Positions 52,195 to 61,625 of a stretch of 64,000 nucleotides of DNA are shown here, in pieces. The stretch's first letter is position 1. Each line of letters begins with the position of its first letter. The notes under the pieces were generated by a model. The model searched no databases. It worked only from the letters and a program-made list of their open reading frames with translations, and was not told the DNA's origin. The stretch comes from Gemmatimonadales bacterium (GTDB lineage: Bacteria > Gemmatimonadota > Gemmatimonadetes > Gemmatimonadales > GWC2-71-9), in NCBI GenBank assembly GCA_038250675.1, contig JBBSCB010000008.1, forward strand, positions 34,740 through 98,739. The letters run 5' to 3'. Both the position numbers and the translations under genes were made by a program.

Positions 52195-53961
52195 CTATGC
52201 GTGACCAATTACGCGGAGGTCGACGTAGTCCTTGAGCCCGTCTCGCAACGCTGCGGTGACGTCCTCGGTGTCCGGTGCGATCAGGGCGTTGGCCGCCGCC
52301 TGCCGCGCCGCTGTCTCGGGTACGGTGCGCAGGATCCACTTGATGAGCGGAATGGCCGGTGGCGCCACGCTCAGGCGGCGGTAGCCCAGCCCCAGCAGCA
52401 GCACCGCGCCCAGCGGATCCGACGCCATCTCGCCGCAGACGCTCACCGGCAGCCCGCGCTCCTCCCCCACACGCCGCACCGTGTCGAGCTGCCGGACGAT
52501 GGACGGGTGGAACGGCGTGAACCGCGCCGCCAGCCGGGCGTTGCCGCGGTCCACCGCCATGGTGTACTGCGTCAGGTCGTTGGTGCCGACGCTGAAGAAG
52601 GCGCAGACGTCGGCCAGCATGTCGGCGATCACGACGGCGGCCGGAGTCTCGATCATGACGCCAACCGGCACCGTGGCCGCGGCACGGACCCCGGCCTCCC
52701 GGAGCGCCGCCGCCTCTTCGGCCAGCATCTCCCGAGTGCGGCGCACTTCGTCGACCCGGGTCACCAGCGGCAGCATGAGCTGCACGTCACGCCCAACCGC
52801 CGCGCGGAGGACCGCGCGCAGCTGGGCCCGGAAGAGTTCCGGTCGGTCGAGACAGACCCGGATCGAGCGCCAGCCGAGAAACGGGTTGGCCTCGGGCAGC
52901 GCCTTGAACGCCGCCGGGAACTTGTCTCCCCCGAGATCGTAGCTGCGGATGACCACCGGATGGCCGCCGAACGCCGAGGCTACCCGCTGGAAGTACGCCG
53001 CCTGCTCGTCCTCGGTGGGCATCGTGGCGCGACCGGTGACCAGGAACTCGGTGCGCAGCAATCCGACCCCTTCCGCGCCGTGGCGGACTGCGCCCTCGAT
53101 CTCGTCGGGAAGGTCCACGTTGCCCATCAGCATGACGCGGGTGCCGTCCGGTGTCTCCGCCGGCTGGTCGAGCACCGCCTCAAGCTGCATCTCGAACCGC
53201 TGGCGCCGGCTGACGCGGGCCCGGGCATCCTCAAGCTGCATGCGGGTGGGCTCGAGCACCACCGTCCCGCTCTGTCCATCGAGCAGCAGCATCGTCCCGT
53301 TGCGGATCTCGTCGAGCGCACCGCTCAGCCCCATCACGGCCGGGATGCCCAGCGAGTGGGCCAGAATCGCCGCGTGCGATGTGTTGGTCCCCTCTTCGCT
53401 GATCAGTCCCACCACATGCTCCCGGTCGAGCTGGACCGTCAGTCCCGGCGCCAACTCGTGGGCCACCACCACCACCTGCTCGTCCGCGGGGATGGACCAG
53501 AGCTCTTCCTCCTTGCGGCCCATGAGCCGGTGGAGCATGCGCATCTGGATCGCGTGCAGATCGGCGAGGCGGTCGCGGAGCTGCGCGCTGCCCGAGGCCG
53601 AAAACATCTGGCGCAGCTCGAGCGCCTTGAACTCGTAGGCCGTCTCCGCACCCAGCTGATTGTCGCGGATCAGGTGCTCCACCGACGCGAGGAAGTCGGT
53701 GTCCTGCGCCATCAGGATCTGGGCGTCGAAGATCCGCGACTCCTCGGGGCCGGCGCGCTCCAGCGCGCGCCGACCCAGCTTGGTCAGGTGCGCCACCACC
53801 ACCCGGACGGCAGCGTGCAGCCGGCGCACCTCGCCATCCACCTCGCCGGGCCGCACCGTGCGGTCGGGGACTTCGGGAAAGTCGAGCCGGATGACGAGGG
53901 CGGGCGCCCACGCCACGCCGGGCGAGACGCCAATGCCGCGAAGCGAGCGCGATTCGGTCAC
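52195..53961 (-). CDS. ptsI: Phosphoenolpyruvate-protein phosphotransferase (PTS Enzyme I; no GAF domain)
   Basis: ORF trimmed to GTG 53961 (GTGA overlap with ptsH). [21 protein letters not shown] (phospho-His), [17 protein letters not shown]. Confidence 0.9.
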   Translation of the reverse strand: MTESRSLRGIGVSPGVAWAPALVIRLDFPEVPDRTVRPGEVDGEVRRLHAAVRVVVAHLTKLGRRALERAGPEESRIFDAQILMAQDTDFLASVEHLIRDNQLGAETAYEFKALELRQMFSASGSAQLRDRLADLHAIQMRMLHRLMGRKEEELWSIPADEQVVVVAHELAPGLTVQLDREHVVGLISEEGTNTSHAAILAHSLGIPAVMGLSGALDEIRNGTMLLLDGQSGTVVLEPTRMQLEDARARVSRRQRFEMQLEAVLDQPAETPDGTRVMLMGNVDLPDEIEGAVRHGAEGVGLLRTEFLVTGRATMPTEDEQAAYFQRVASAFGGHPVVIRSYDLGGDKFPAAFKALPEANPFLGWRSIRVCLDRPELFRAQLRAVLRAAVGRDVQLMLPLVTRVDEVRRTREMLAEEAAALREAGVRAAATVPVGVMIETPAAVVIADMLADVCAFFSVGTNDLTQYTMAVDRGNARLAARFTPFHPSIVRQLDTVRRVGEERGLPVSVCGEMASDPLGAVLLLGLGYRRLSVAPPAIPLIKWILRTVPETAARQAAANALIAPDTEDVTAALRDGLKDYVDLRVIGHA

Positions 53962-54224
53962 GACTCGCCGAATCCCTGCGCCACCAGCGCAACCAGCGCC
54001 TCGACCGCCTGCTCGGCGTCGGGACCGTCGGCGGTGATGCTGACCGCGCTGCCGCACTCGGCCGCCAGCATCATCACCCCCATGATGCTCTTGGCGTTGA
54101 CCGCCATGCCGTCCTTGCCGATCCGGATCTCGGCGGTAAAGGTGTTGGCGAGCCGCACGATCTGCGCCGCCGGCCGCGCATGGAGGCCGAGTGGGTTGAC
54201 GATCTGCGCTTCCCGCTCGGTCAT
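53958..54224 (-). CDS. ptsH: Phosphocarrier protein HPr
   Basis: 88 aa from ATG 54224. His15 in NPLGLHARPAA and Ser46 in NAKSIMGVM. Confidence 0.9.
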   Translation of the reverse strand: MTEREAQIVNPLGLHARPAAQIVRLANTFTAEIRIGKDGMAVNAKSIMGVMMLAAECGSAVSITADGPDAEQAVEALVALVAQGFGES

Positions 54225-54967
54225 GCGATCACCCAGTGAAGAAACAGCGTGGCGCCGAGCGCCAGGAGCCCAAAGCGCGATGCGGTGAACCGGGCACCGA
54301 ACCAGCGCGCCAGCAGCAGCCCGATCAGGGCGAGGACGGCGGCAGCGGCGACCCCGCGCGATCCGAACGGGCGCAGCAGCCAGCCCGCCACCAGCGGCAC
54401 CGCCAGTCCAACGGCGAAGGCCGCCACCCCCGCCACCCGTGTCGCGGTCCGGGGCAGTGCCGACGCCGTGATGGCGCTGCCCACACGCATGCCCGTCGCG
54501 AGCCCGGTGCGGAGGCCCCACGCCGTCACGGCGAGACGGCAGACGTTGAACACCAGCAGAAACGCCACCACCGCCACCCACCCGGCCCCCAGCGCGATGG
54601 CCGCCAGCGCGGCGCCCAGCGTGGCCGGCACCAGCCCGGCCCAGAACAGCCCGTCACCCAGCGCACCCAGCGGACCCGAAAGCGCGGTGCGGAGGCGGGC
54701 GACCTGTTCGCCGGCCACGCCGTCGTACTCCGCGCGCACCGACGCGCCGAGCGCCAGGCCGGCGAGGTAGGGATTGGCATTGAAGAACTCGGCCGAGCGG
54801 ACGACCGCCTCGGTATGGCGCAGCGGGTCGGCCGTCTTCAGGTCCTCAAGCAGCGGCTCCGCCGCGTAGCCCATCCCCACTCCCTGCATGCGCTCGTAGT
54901 TCCAGCTCCCCTGGACCGCCAGCAACCGGAGCAGCGCACGGAACCGGCCGGTCACCCGATGCTCCAT
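54221..54967 (-). CDS. PTS mannose/fructose/sorbose family EIID component
   Basis: 248 aa. LAVQGSWNYERMQGVGMGYA...EFFNANPYLAGLALG is the EIID signature. Confidence 0.8.
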   Translation of the reverse strand: MEHRVTGRFRALLRLLAVQGSWNYERMQGVGMGYAAEPLLEDLKTADPLRHTEAVVRSAEFFNANPYLAGLALGASVRAEYDGVAGEQVARLRTALSGPLGALGDGLFWAGLVPATLGAALAAIALGAGWVAVVAFLLVFNVCRLAVTAWGLRTGLATGMRVGSAITASALPRTATRVAGVAAFAVGLAVPLVAGWLLRPFGSRGVAAAAVLALIGLLLARWFGARFTASRFGLLALGATLFLHWVIA

Positions 54968-55644
54968 GCGAGGGTGGCGAGCCCGAGCCCGGCGGCGCCG
55001 CCCACCGCAAGCCAGCGCAGGCGGGCGCCGGTGCCCGCGCCGCGGATGGCGCCGCCCAGCGCCGACGCGGCCCCCGCGCCGATGGCCGCCAGCGTCAGCG
55101 CGGCGGCCGTGTCGCGATCGAGGCGGAGCCGTCCGTCGAGCAGCCAGGCCACCGCCAGTCCCGCCGCCGTCAGGACCAGCGCGCGCGCGGCGTCGCGCAC
55201 CATGCAGATGTATTGGATGCGATGAATGGCCCCGGCATCACCGGCGCGGAGCGCGGCGGCGCGGCGCTGGGTGGTGCGCGCGTTCCGGTGGCGCAGCCAG
55301 CGGAGCGACCACCCTCCCACGGTAGCCACCACCAGCCCCAGGCCGGTGGCGACGCCCAGACTCAGCTCCCACGGCGCGTGAGCACTGACGGCGGTCGCGG
55401 CCACGGCCCCCGGCCCGTAGTCGGGGTACCGCACCGCCCCGACCGGCAGCACATCGAGCGCAAAGAGCTCGAGGACCGCGCCGACGCGGAGCCCGGCTTC
55501 GATGTCGCCGAGCAGCCAGCCGGCCACCGTCGCGGCGACGATCGGGCGGGCGAGCATGGCCTGCGGCACGCTGACCAGGTCGAGGCCCGCGACGGTGCCC
55601 CAGACCAGGAGCGCCGCGATCACGACGAGCCCGTCGGCGGTCAC
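54952..55644 (-). CDS. PTS mannose-family EIIC component
   Basis: 230 aa from GTG 55644 (GTGA overlap with EIIB). Polytopic. ...VSVPQAMLARPIVAATVAGWLLGD...LELFALDVLPVGA..YPD. Confidence 0.7.
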   Translation of the reverse strand: MTADGLVVIAALLVWGTVAGLDLVSVPQAMLARPIVAATVAGWLLGDIEAGLRVGAVLELFALDVLPVGAVRYPDYGPGAVAATAVSAHAPWELSLGVATGLGLVVATVGGWSLRWLRHRNARTTQRRAAALRAGDAGAIHRIQYICMVRDAARALVLTAAGLAVAWLLDGRLRLDRDTAAALTLAAIGAGAASALGGAIRGAGTGARLRWLAVGGAAGLGLATLAWSIG

Positions 55645-56120
55645 GCGAGCCCGCCGACGCCGACCGGGACGGCCGACGGCACATCCTGCGCCGTCAGGTC
55701 GGCGCCGCGGCTGGCCAGGTCCAGGAGCAGCTGGTATTCGTCGGGACTGAGATAGATGTATGGCAGCCGCTCGGTCCGGCCCGGGCGGTGGTGAATCCCG
55801 CCCAGATTGACGTGCCCGACGGCCGCCGGATCGGCGTCGCGCAATCGGACCATCGCGGGGAGGTCGCCGGTGAGCAGCATCGTGCGCCGGGCGTCCTCCC
55901 GCCATTCGCCCAGGTGACCCACCGCGCCGCTCACGCTGGCAAAGACGACGTCGATCCCCTCGGGCACCGCCATGCGATAGAGGTCCTGCTCCCAGCCGTT
56001 GGCCGCGACTTCGTCGTCGACCAGCACGATGCGGGTGGCCCCCAGCGGCCGTCCCCACCCGATCACCACCTGGCCGTGGATAAGGCGATCGTCGACGCGC
56101 GAGAGGACGACCGGCATCAC
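55641..56120 (-). CDS. PTS mannose/sorbose-family EIIB component
   Basis: 159 aa. Start is GTG 56120 or ATG 56117. LSRVDDRLIHGQVV contains the phospho-His. Confidence 0.85.
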   Translation of the reverse strand: MMPVVLSRVDDRLIHGQVVIGWGRPLGATRIVLVDDEVAANGWEQDLYRMAVPEGIDVVFASVSGAVGHLGEWREDARRTMLLTGDLPAMVRLRDADPAAVGHVNLGGIHHRPGRTERLPYIYLSPDEYQLLLDLASRGADLTAQDVPSAVPVGVGGLA

Positions 56121-56491
56121 GGAATCCGGATGGCCCGCCCGCCGCTCGATGCCGCGTGGTCGGCGGCATCCGCCGGCGGCAGGGAGCGGTGAAACACGAA
56201 GTCCACGAGCATGGCGAGATTGACGCCGGTGACGACCCGCACGTCAGTCCGCTCCCGCAAACGGCGCAGCGTGGCGATCAGGCACGACCCGCTGGCCATG
56301 TCCACGAAGACGACCGCGGGGCCGTCGCCGACGGCCGCGACGATCCGCTCCTCCAGCGAGTTTCGGTCACATCCGGTATTGGTCACCGGGACCAGCGCGC
56401 CGGTCAGCCCGCTGATCTGCTCCACCGCATCCACCAGCGCCGCGGCGACCGAGCCATGGCAGACGACGACGCCGTGCAGCGGCTCACTCAT
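56117..56491 (-). CDS. PTS mannose-family EIIA component
   Basis: ORF trimmed to ATG 56491. MSEPLHGVVVCHGSVAAALVDAVEQI (active His in xCHGS), then FVDMASGS. Confidence 0.8.
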   Translation of the reverse strand: MSEPLHGVVVCHGSVAAALVDAVEQISGLTGALVPVTNTGCDRNSLEERIVAAVGDGPAVVFVDMASGSCLIATLRRLRERTDVRVVTGVNLAMLVDFVFHRSLPPADAADHAASSGGRAIRIP

Positions 56492-57446
56492 AGTCGTTCT
56501 GGAGGTACTCGCGCACACCCCGCTGCTCCTTCATGCGCTTGATGAGCCGTTCGTTGAAGGCGGCCGCAACGTCGACGCCGGAGTAGCGCAGCAGGTGCAT
56601 CATGGCCACGACCTCGGAGATCACCGTGATGTTCTTGCCGGGGTTGAGCGGCACCACCATCCGCGGTACCGACACGCCGAGGATCACCGTCTCCTGGTGC
56701 GTGAGGCCGGTCCGCTCGGCGTCCTTCGTGGTTTCCCAGTCCTCCAGCTGCACCACCACTTCGATGCGCTTCTGCTGTCGCACCGAGCGCACGCCGAACA
56801 GTGCGGGGATGTCGATCAGCCCGATACCCCGGATCTCCATGTGGTGCCCGGCCAGCTCGTGTCCGCGCCCGATGAGCACGTCGGTGCCGCGGCGGGTGAC
56901 CTGGACCACGTCGTCCGCCACCAGGCGGTGGCCGCGCTCGACGAGATCGAGCACACACTCGCTCTTGCCGATCCCGGACCGCCCGACAAAGAGCAGCCCC
57001 ACGCCGTAGACGTCCGCCAGCGAGCCGTGCAGCGTCGTTCGCGGCGCAAACGCGTCCTCCACGATCGGCTTGATCAGCCGGTAGAACTCCGCCGTCTTGA
57101 GCGGCGTCCGCAGCACCGGCACGCCGCGCTGGCGCGCCAGCTCAAGTAGCTCCGCCGGCGCCTCCTGCCCCTTGGTCACGAACACCACCGGCAGCTCGAA
57201 CGCAAAGAAGTGCTCGAGCGCCCGCTGCCGCTGCTCCGCGGAGAGGCCACCCAGATAGGTAATCTCGGTCTCGCCGAAGACGTGCAGGCGGTTAGGCGCA
57301 AAGCGCCCAGTATATCCGGCCAGCGCGAGGCCGGGGCTGGCGACTTCCGCATCCGTCAGCGCGCGGTCGAGCCCCTGGTCGCCGGTCAGGATCTCGAGTT
57401 GCAGCGCCGCGCCGCGGCGGCTGAGAAAGTCGCGCAGCCGGAGCAT
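56484..57446 (-). CDS. hprK: HPr kinase/phosphorylase
   Basis: The track start is TTG 57449; I prefer ATG 57446 (TGATG with the hpf stop). Walker A GRSGIGKSE, then HHMEIRGIGLIDI. Confidence 0.92.
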   Translation of the reverse strand: MLRLRDFLSRRGAALQLEILTGDQGLDRALTDAEVASPGLALAGYTGRFAPNRLHVFGETEITYLGGLSAEQRQRALEHFFAFELPVVFVTKGQEAPAELLELARQRGVPVLRTPLKTAEFYRLIKPIVEDAFAPRTTLHGSLADVYGVGLLFVGRSGIGKSECVLDLVERGHRLVADDVVQVTRRGTDVLIGRGHELAGHHMEIRGIGLIDIPALFGVRSVRQQKRIEVVVQLEDWETTKDAERTGLTHQETVILGVSVPRMVVPLNPGKNITVISEVVAMMHLLRYSGVDVAAAFNERLIKRMKEQRGVREYLQNDYE

Positions 57447-57766
57447 CAAACCGGCTTCAGCGCCGGCGCGGCGTGGCGCGCGTCGCGAACCCGGCCGGCC
57501 GCACGGGCCACCTGGGTCTTGAGCTTGTCCTCCGCGCGATCGAGCGCAGTCCGATGGTCCGGCCCTTCGGCGGTGGCGACGAACAGCTCGCCAGCGGCCA
57601 CGTGCAGCCGAAGCTCGACCGTACTGCGATCACCCTCCACGTCGAACACCACCGCCGTGTCCATCGGCCGCGCCGCGAGCGATCCCACGCGCTCGAGCAC
57701 GGTCATGGCGCGGTCGCGCAGGGCGTCGGAGATCTCGCAGTGCCGGGCCGTGATGACTGGATCCAT
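57446..57766 (-). CDS. hpf: Ribosome hibernation promoting factor / sigma-54 modulation protein (short HPF/RaiA)
   Basis: 106 aa. GAGGAGG RBS. ITARHCEISDALRDRA...VELRLHVAAGELFVATAEGPDHRTALDRAEDKL. Confidence 0.85.
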   Translation of the reverse strand: MDPVITARHCEISDALRDRAMTVLERVGSLAARPMDTAVVFDVEGDRSTVELRLHVAAGELFVATAEGPDHRTALDRAEDKLKTQVARAAGRVRDARHAAPALKPV

Positions 57767-57781
57767 CGTATGCCTCCTCGC

Positions 57782-58903
57782 TCAGCGCGGAGCCGAGCTC
57801 GAGATGATGTCGTGCAGATGTCGTTCAGTGTCGGCCGCCGCCGCGTCCCACGTCAGCGTCCCGGCGAAGCGGCGGGCCGCGAGGCCAAGCCGTTCCACCA
57901 GCGGCGGGTCCTGCGCCAGGGTGAGCATGCGCGCAGCCAGCGCGTCGGCGTCGCCGTGGGGCACCAGGTAGCCCGTGGTGCCGTCCCGGACCGAGTCCCG
58001 CAGGCCCGGGCTGTCCGAGGCCAGCGACGGTGTCCCGCATGCCGCCGCCTCGATCACCGTGATGCCCCATCCCTCCTTGGGTGAAGGAAACACGTTCGCC
58101 CATGTCGAGCGCAACAGCCGGAGCTTCCGGTCCTCGGTGACGAAGCCGTGAAAGGTGACGGCATCGGCGAGCGCCAGCTCCCGGGTCAGCCGCTCGAGCA
58201 CCGGCCGCATCTCGCCGCTGCCGGCGATGTCCAGCCGGAGCTCAGGGCGTGCGCGACGCGCGAGCGCCAGCGCGCGGATCGCCACGTCCACTCCTTTGTA
58301 CCGCTTGAGGCGACCGATGTACAGGAACGACGGCGGCGCCGTGCGGCCCACCGCCGGATCGGGCGCGTAGTGCCGCGAGTCCACGCCCGGGTGAATCACC
58401 CGGATCCTGCCCGCCGGAATTCCGCGCGCAATCAGGTCGTCACGCGTGCTCTCGCTGATGGCGTGGAACCCCGCGCGCCGGTAGCCGCGCGCCAGCGGGC
58501 GCTCCGCCATCCAGACCGTGGCCGCCAGCGGCCAGGGCGCTTCGTGAAAGACGGTGTCGCCAAAGAGGTGCGGTATGATGACGCAGAACGGCAGCCGCGT
58601 CAGCCCGGCCAGAAAGAGCGGCACCTTGTTAATGTCCTCGACGACGATGTCCGGCGTCTCGGCCATCAGCGCGCGCCGCACCGCCGAGCGCCCGAGCACG
58701 GCGAAGCTGTTGCGGGTCCCGACGCGCTCGACCTCGATCCCCTGCGCCGTCGCCCGCCGTTCCGCACCCAACCATCCGGAGCAGACGAGCCGCACCCGGT
58801 GGCCCCGCGCCACCAGCCGGCTCAAGATCTCGAACAGGTGGATCTCGGCGCCGCCGGCCTGGGGATTGGCGCGGTCCTGCCAGTTGACGACGAGGATGTT
58901 CAC
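57782..58903 (-). CDS. Glycosyltransferase family 4 (GT-B)
   Basis: ORF trimmed to GTG 58903 (GGGAGG 7 nt upstream). VNILVVNWQDRANPQAGGAEIH..., FPSPKEGWGITVIEAAACGTPSLAS (EX7E region). Confidence 0.8.
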   Translation of the reverse strand: MNILVVNWQDRANPQAGGAEIHLFEILSRLVARGHRVRLVCSGWLGAERRATAQGIEVERVGTRNSFAVLGRSAVRRALMAETPDIVVEDINKVPLFLAGLTRLPFCVIIPHLFGDTVFHEAPWPLAATVWMAERPLARGYRRAGFHAISESTRDDLIARGIPAGRIRVIHPGVDSRHYAPDPAVGRTAPPSFLYIGRLKRYKGVDVAIRALALARRARPELRLDIAGSGEMRPVLERLTRELALADAVTFHGFVTEDRKLRLLRSTWANVFPSPKEGWGITVIEAAACGTPSLASDSPGLRDSVRDGTTGYLVPHGDADALAARMLTLAQDPPLVERLGLAARRFAGTLTWDAAAADTERHLHDIISSSAPR

Positions 58904-58928
58904 CGGGCGGCCTCCCGGCCACCGATCC

Positions 58929-59342
58929 TCACAGGCGACCCAGCGCGTGGGCCACCCGGTCCAGCACCCCATTGACGAAGGGCGCGGACTTGGCGCCGCC
59001 AAACCACTGCGCCAGGCGTACCGCTTCGTCGAGCACCACCTTGGGTGGCACGTCGGCGTCGCTCAGCTCCTGGATCGCAATGCGGAGGATGTTGCGCTCG
59101 ATCACGCCGATCCGGGAGATCCGCCAATTTTCGGCGGCCACCGAGGTTTCCCGGTCGAGTGCCTCGACATTGGCGATGACGCGCGCCGCCAGCTCCTCGG
59201 CAAAATCGAGCACCAGTGGTGCGGGACCGGTGAGGCGCGCTACGCCCCGCGAGATCGTCTCGAGCGCGTGGCCGTCCTGGATCTCCCATGCGTACAGCAG
59301 CTGCAGCGCTCGCGCGCGCCCACGAGTCTCAAGCCGAAGCAT
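58929..59342 (-). CDS. nusB: Transcription antitermination factor NusB
   Basis: ORF trimmed to ATG 59342. RARALQLLYAWEI...IERNILRIAIQEL...VVLDEAVRLAQWFGG..SAPFVNGVLD. Confidence 0.9.
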   Translation of the reverse strand: MLRLETRGRARALQLLYAWEIQDGHALETISRGVARLTGPAPLVLDFAEELAARVIANVEALDRETSVAAENWRISRIGVIERNILRIAIQELSDADVPPKVVLDEAVRLAQWFGGAKSAPFVNGVLDRVAHALGRL

Positions 59343-59808
59343 CGGTCCCCCGGAGCTGCGCCAGCACATCGGCCGCACTGAGTGCCGCTTCCGCCGCCTC
59401 GTAGCCCTTGTTGCCGGCACTGCCTCCGGCCCGGTCGGTGGCCTGCTCCAGCGAATCCACCGTCAGCAGGCCAAAACCGACCGGCAGCGCGTGGCGCAAC
59501 GCCACCTCACCGAGTCCGCGCGCGGCTTCGCCGGCTACGAAGTCGAAGTGCGGGGTGTCGCCCCGGATGACCGCGCCCAGCGCAATCAGGCAGGCATAGC
59601 GGCCGGTGCCGGCGGCGGCGGCGGCGGCCACCGGGAGCTCGAACGCGCCGGCCACCCAGATGGTATCTGCCGCCTCCTCGGTCACGCCCGCCTCGAGCAG
59701 GCACGCGCGCGCGCCGGCCAGGAGGCGCGTGGTCACGAGCTCGTTGCAGCGGGCGACGAGGATCGCCACCCGTCCGGACGGACGCGGACGACCGGAGTAC
59801 TCGGGCAT
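59329..59808 (-). CDS. ribH: 6,7-dimethyl-8-ribityllumazine synthase
   Basis: 159 aa. VAILVARCNELVT..., VAGAFELP, IALGAVIRGDTPHFDFV. Confidence 0.93.
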   Translation of the reverse strand: MPEYSGRPRPSGRVAILVARCNELVTTRLLAGARACLLEAGVTEEAADTIWVAGAFELPVAAAAAAGTGRYACLIALGAVIRGDTPHFDFVAGEAARGLGEVALRHALPVGFGLLTVDSLEQATDRAGGSAGNKGYEAAEAALSAADVLAQLRGTDASA

Positions 59809-59813
59809 GACGC

Positions 59814-61019
59814 TCAGAAGGTCAGAAGGTGGCCGAGCTTGTCACGCTTGGCACCGAGGTAGTCCCGGTTCTCATCGGTGAGACCGGCCACGATCGGCAC
59901 CCGCCCCACGATCTCGAGGCCGTAGCCTTCGAGGCCCACGAGCTTGCGTGGATTGTTGGTGAGCACCCGGATGGAGGAGAGGCCGAGATCGCGGAGGATC
60001 TGGGCGCCGATGCCGTAGTTGCGGAGATCGGGCGCGAACCCCAGCCGTTGATTGGCCTGCACGGTGTCGGCCCCGCTGTCCTGCAGGGCGTAGGCGCGCA
60101 GCTTGTTGAGCAGGCCGATTCCGCGCCCTTCCTGGTCCAGGTAGACGATGGCGCCGCGGCCTTCCCGCGCGATCATCCGCATCGCCGTGTGCAGCTGGAA
60201 GCCGCAGTCGCAGCGCTGCGAGCCGAACACATCCCCGGTCAGGCACTTCGAATGCATCCGCACGAGCACGTCGCGCTCGCCCGCGACGTCGCCGCAGACC
60301 AGCGCCACGTGCTCCCGCTCGTCCACGTCGTTGCGGTAGCCGATCACCCGGAACTCACCCGCCTCGGTGGGCAGGCGCGCCTCCGCCACGCGGTGCACCA
60401 GCTTCTCGGTGCCCAGGCGGTAGGCGACGAGCTGCGCCACCGTGACGAAGGTGAGCTGCTGCTGCCGGGCAAACTCTTCGAGCTGCGGCACCCGCGCCAT
60501 CGATCCGTCGGAGTTGAGGATCTCGCAGATGACGCCGGCCGGATAGAGCCCGGCGAGCTCGGCCAGGTCCACGGCCGCCTCGGTGTGGCCGACGCGCTGG
60601 AGCACCCCGCCCGGCCTCGCGCGGAGTGGTGGGACGTGACCCGGACGGCGCAGGTCGCCGGGTTGGGTGGCCGGGTTAATGGCGACGTGGATGGTGCGGG
60701 CGCGGTCACTGGCGGAGATGCCGGTCGTCACGCCGAAGCGGCGATCGGCATCGATCATCACGGTGAACGCGGTGGACTGGTCCTCGGTGTTCCGCTCCAC
60801 CTGCTGGGAGAGGCCAAGCTGGTCGCAGCGCTCGGCCGTGAGCGCGAGGCAGATGAGGCCCCGGCCGTGCTGGGCCATAAAGTTCACCATCTCCGGCGTG
60901 ACGAGCTCCGCGGCGCAGACGAGGTCACCCTCGTTTTCGCGGTCCTCGTCATCGGCGACGATGATGATCTTGCCGTTGCGCAGGTCCTCGATCGCCTGCT
61001 CGATCGTATCCAGGCTCAT
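59814..61019 (-). CDS. ribBA: Bifunctional 3,4-dihydroxy-2-butanone-4-phosphate synthase / GTP cyclohydrolase II
   Basis: 401 aa. [52 protein letters not shown]. Confidence 0.95.
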   Translation of the reverse strand: MSLDTIEQAIEDLRNGKIIIVADDEDRENEGDLVCAAELVTPEMVNFMAQHGRGLICLALTAERCDQLGLSQQVERNTEDQSTAFTVMIDADRRFGVTTGISASDRARTIHVAINPATQPGDLRRPGHVPPLRARPGGVLQRVGHTEAAVDLAELAGLYPAGVICEILNSDGSMARVPQLEEFARQQQLTFVTVAQLVAYRLGTEKLVHRVAEARLPTEAGEFRVIGYRNDVDEREHVALVCGDVAGERDVLVRMHSKCLTGDVFGSQRCDCGFQLHTAMRMIAREGRGAIVYLDQEGRGIGLLNKLRAYALQDSGADTVQANQRLGFAPDLRNYGIGAQILRDLGLSSIRVLTNNPRKLVGLEGYGLEIVGRVPIVAGLTDENRDYLGAKRDKLGHLLTF

Positions 61020-61625
61020 CTACCCCTTCATGGCGCCCAGCGGCGCACCGACGAACTGCCGGACGTACTTGCCCACCGTGTCACCCTCGAGGTGCACCCG
61101 GTCACCCAGGATCCGGTTTCCCAGCGTGGTATGCCGTAAGGTAAACGGAATGAGGGAGACCTGGACGACGCCGGGGGCCGGCAGCGCGTTCACCGTCAGG
61201 CTCACGCCGTCCACCGTGATGGACCCCAGCGGCACCGACACCGCGGCGACGTCGGGGGGCACGGCCAGGTCCAGGATGCGGGCGTCACCCTCGGTGCGCA
61301 GTGCCAGGACCGAGCCCACGCCGTCCACATGTCCCTGCACCAGATGGCCGCCCAGCCGGTCCGATGCCCGGAGCGCGCGCTCCAGGTTGACCCGACGGCC
61401 CCGGACATAGCCGCCGAACAGCGTGCGCGCCAGCGAGGTCGACACCAGGTGCGCCGAAAACCCGGTCGCATGCCGCGCGGTCACCGTGACGCACGCGCCG
61501 TCCACCGCAATGCTCTCCCCGAGCCGCACGCCGCGATAGGGCGCGCGGATGCCAAGGGCCAGCCCACCGTCCTGGGGGGCGGCCCGCGTCACGGTGCCGA
61601 TGGCGGTCACGATGCCGGTGAACAT
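61020..61625 (-). CDS. ribE: Riboflavin synthase (alpha chain)
   Basis: 201 aa from ATG 61625. MFTGIV...[13 protein letters not shown] / [12 protein letters not shown] is the duplicated lumazine-binding motif. Confidence 0.93.
   Translation of the reverse strand: MFTGIVTAIGTVTRAAPQDGGLALGIRAPYRGVRLGESIAVDGACVTVTARHATGFSAHLVSTSLARTLFGGYVRGRRVNLERALRASDRLGGHLVQGHVDGVGSVLALRTEGDARILDLAVPPDVAAVSVPLGSITVDGVSLTVNALPAPGVVQVSLIPFTLRHTTLGNRILGDRVHLEGDTVGKYVRQFVGAPLGAMKG

Noticed and set aside
52144-54288. 714-aa plus-strand ORF, with similar cases at 26819..28744, 12713..14167, 15076..16920 and 59829..61139
   Set aside because: All are antisense to well-supported minus-strand genes (ptsI/ptsH, MoxR/DUF58 and others). 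They are low-complexity Arg/Pro/Gly-rich translations.
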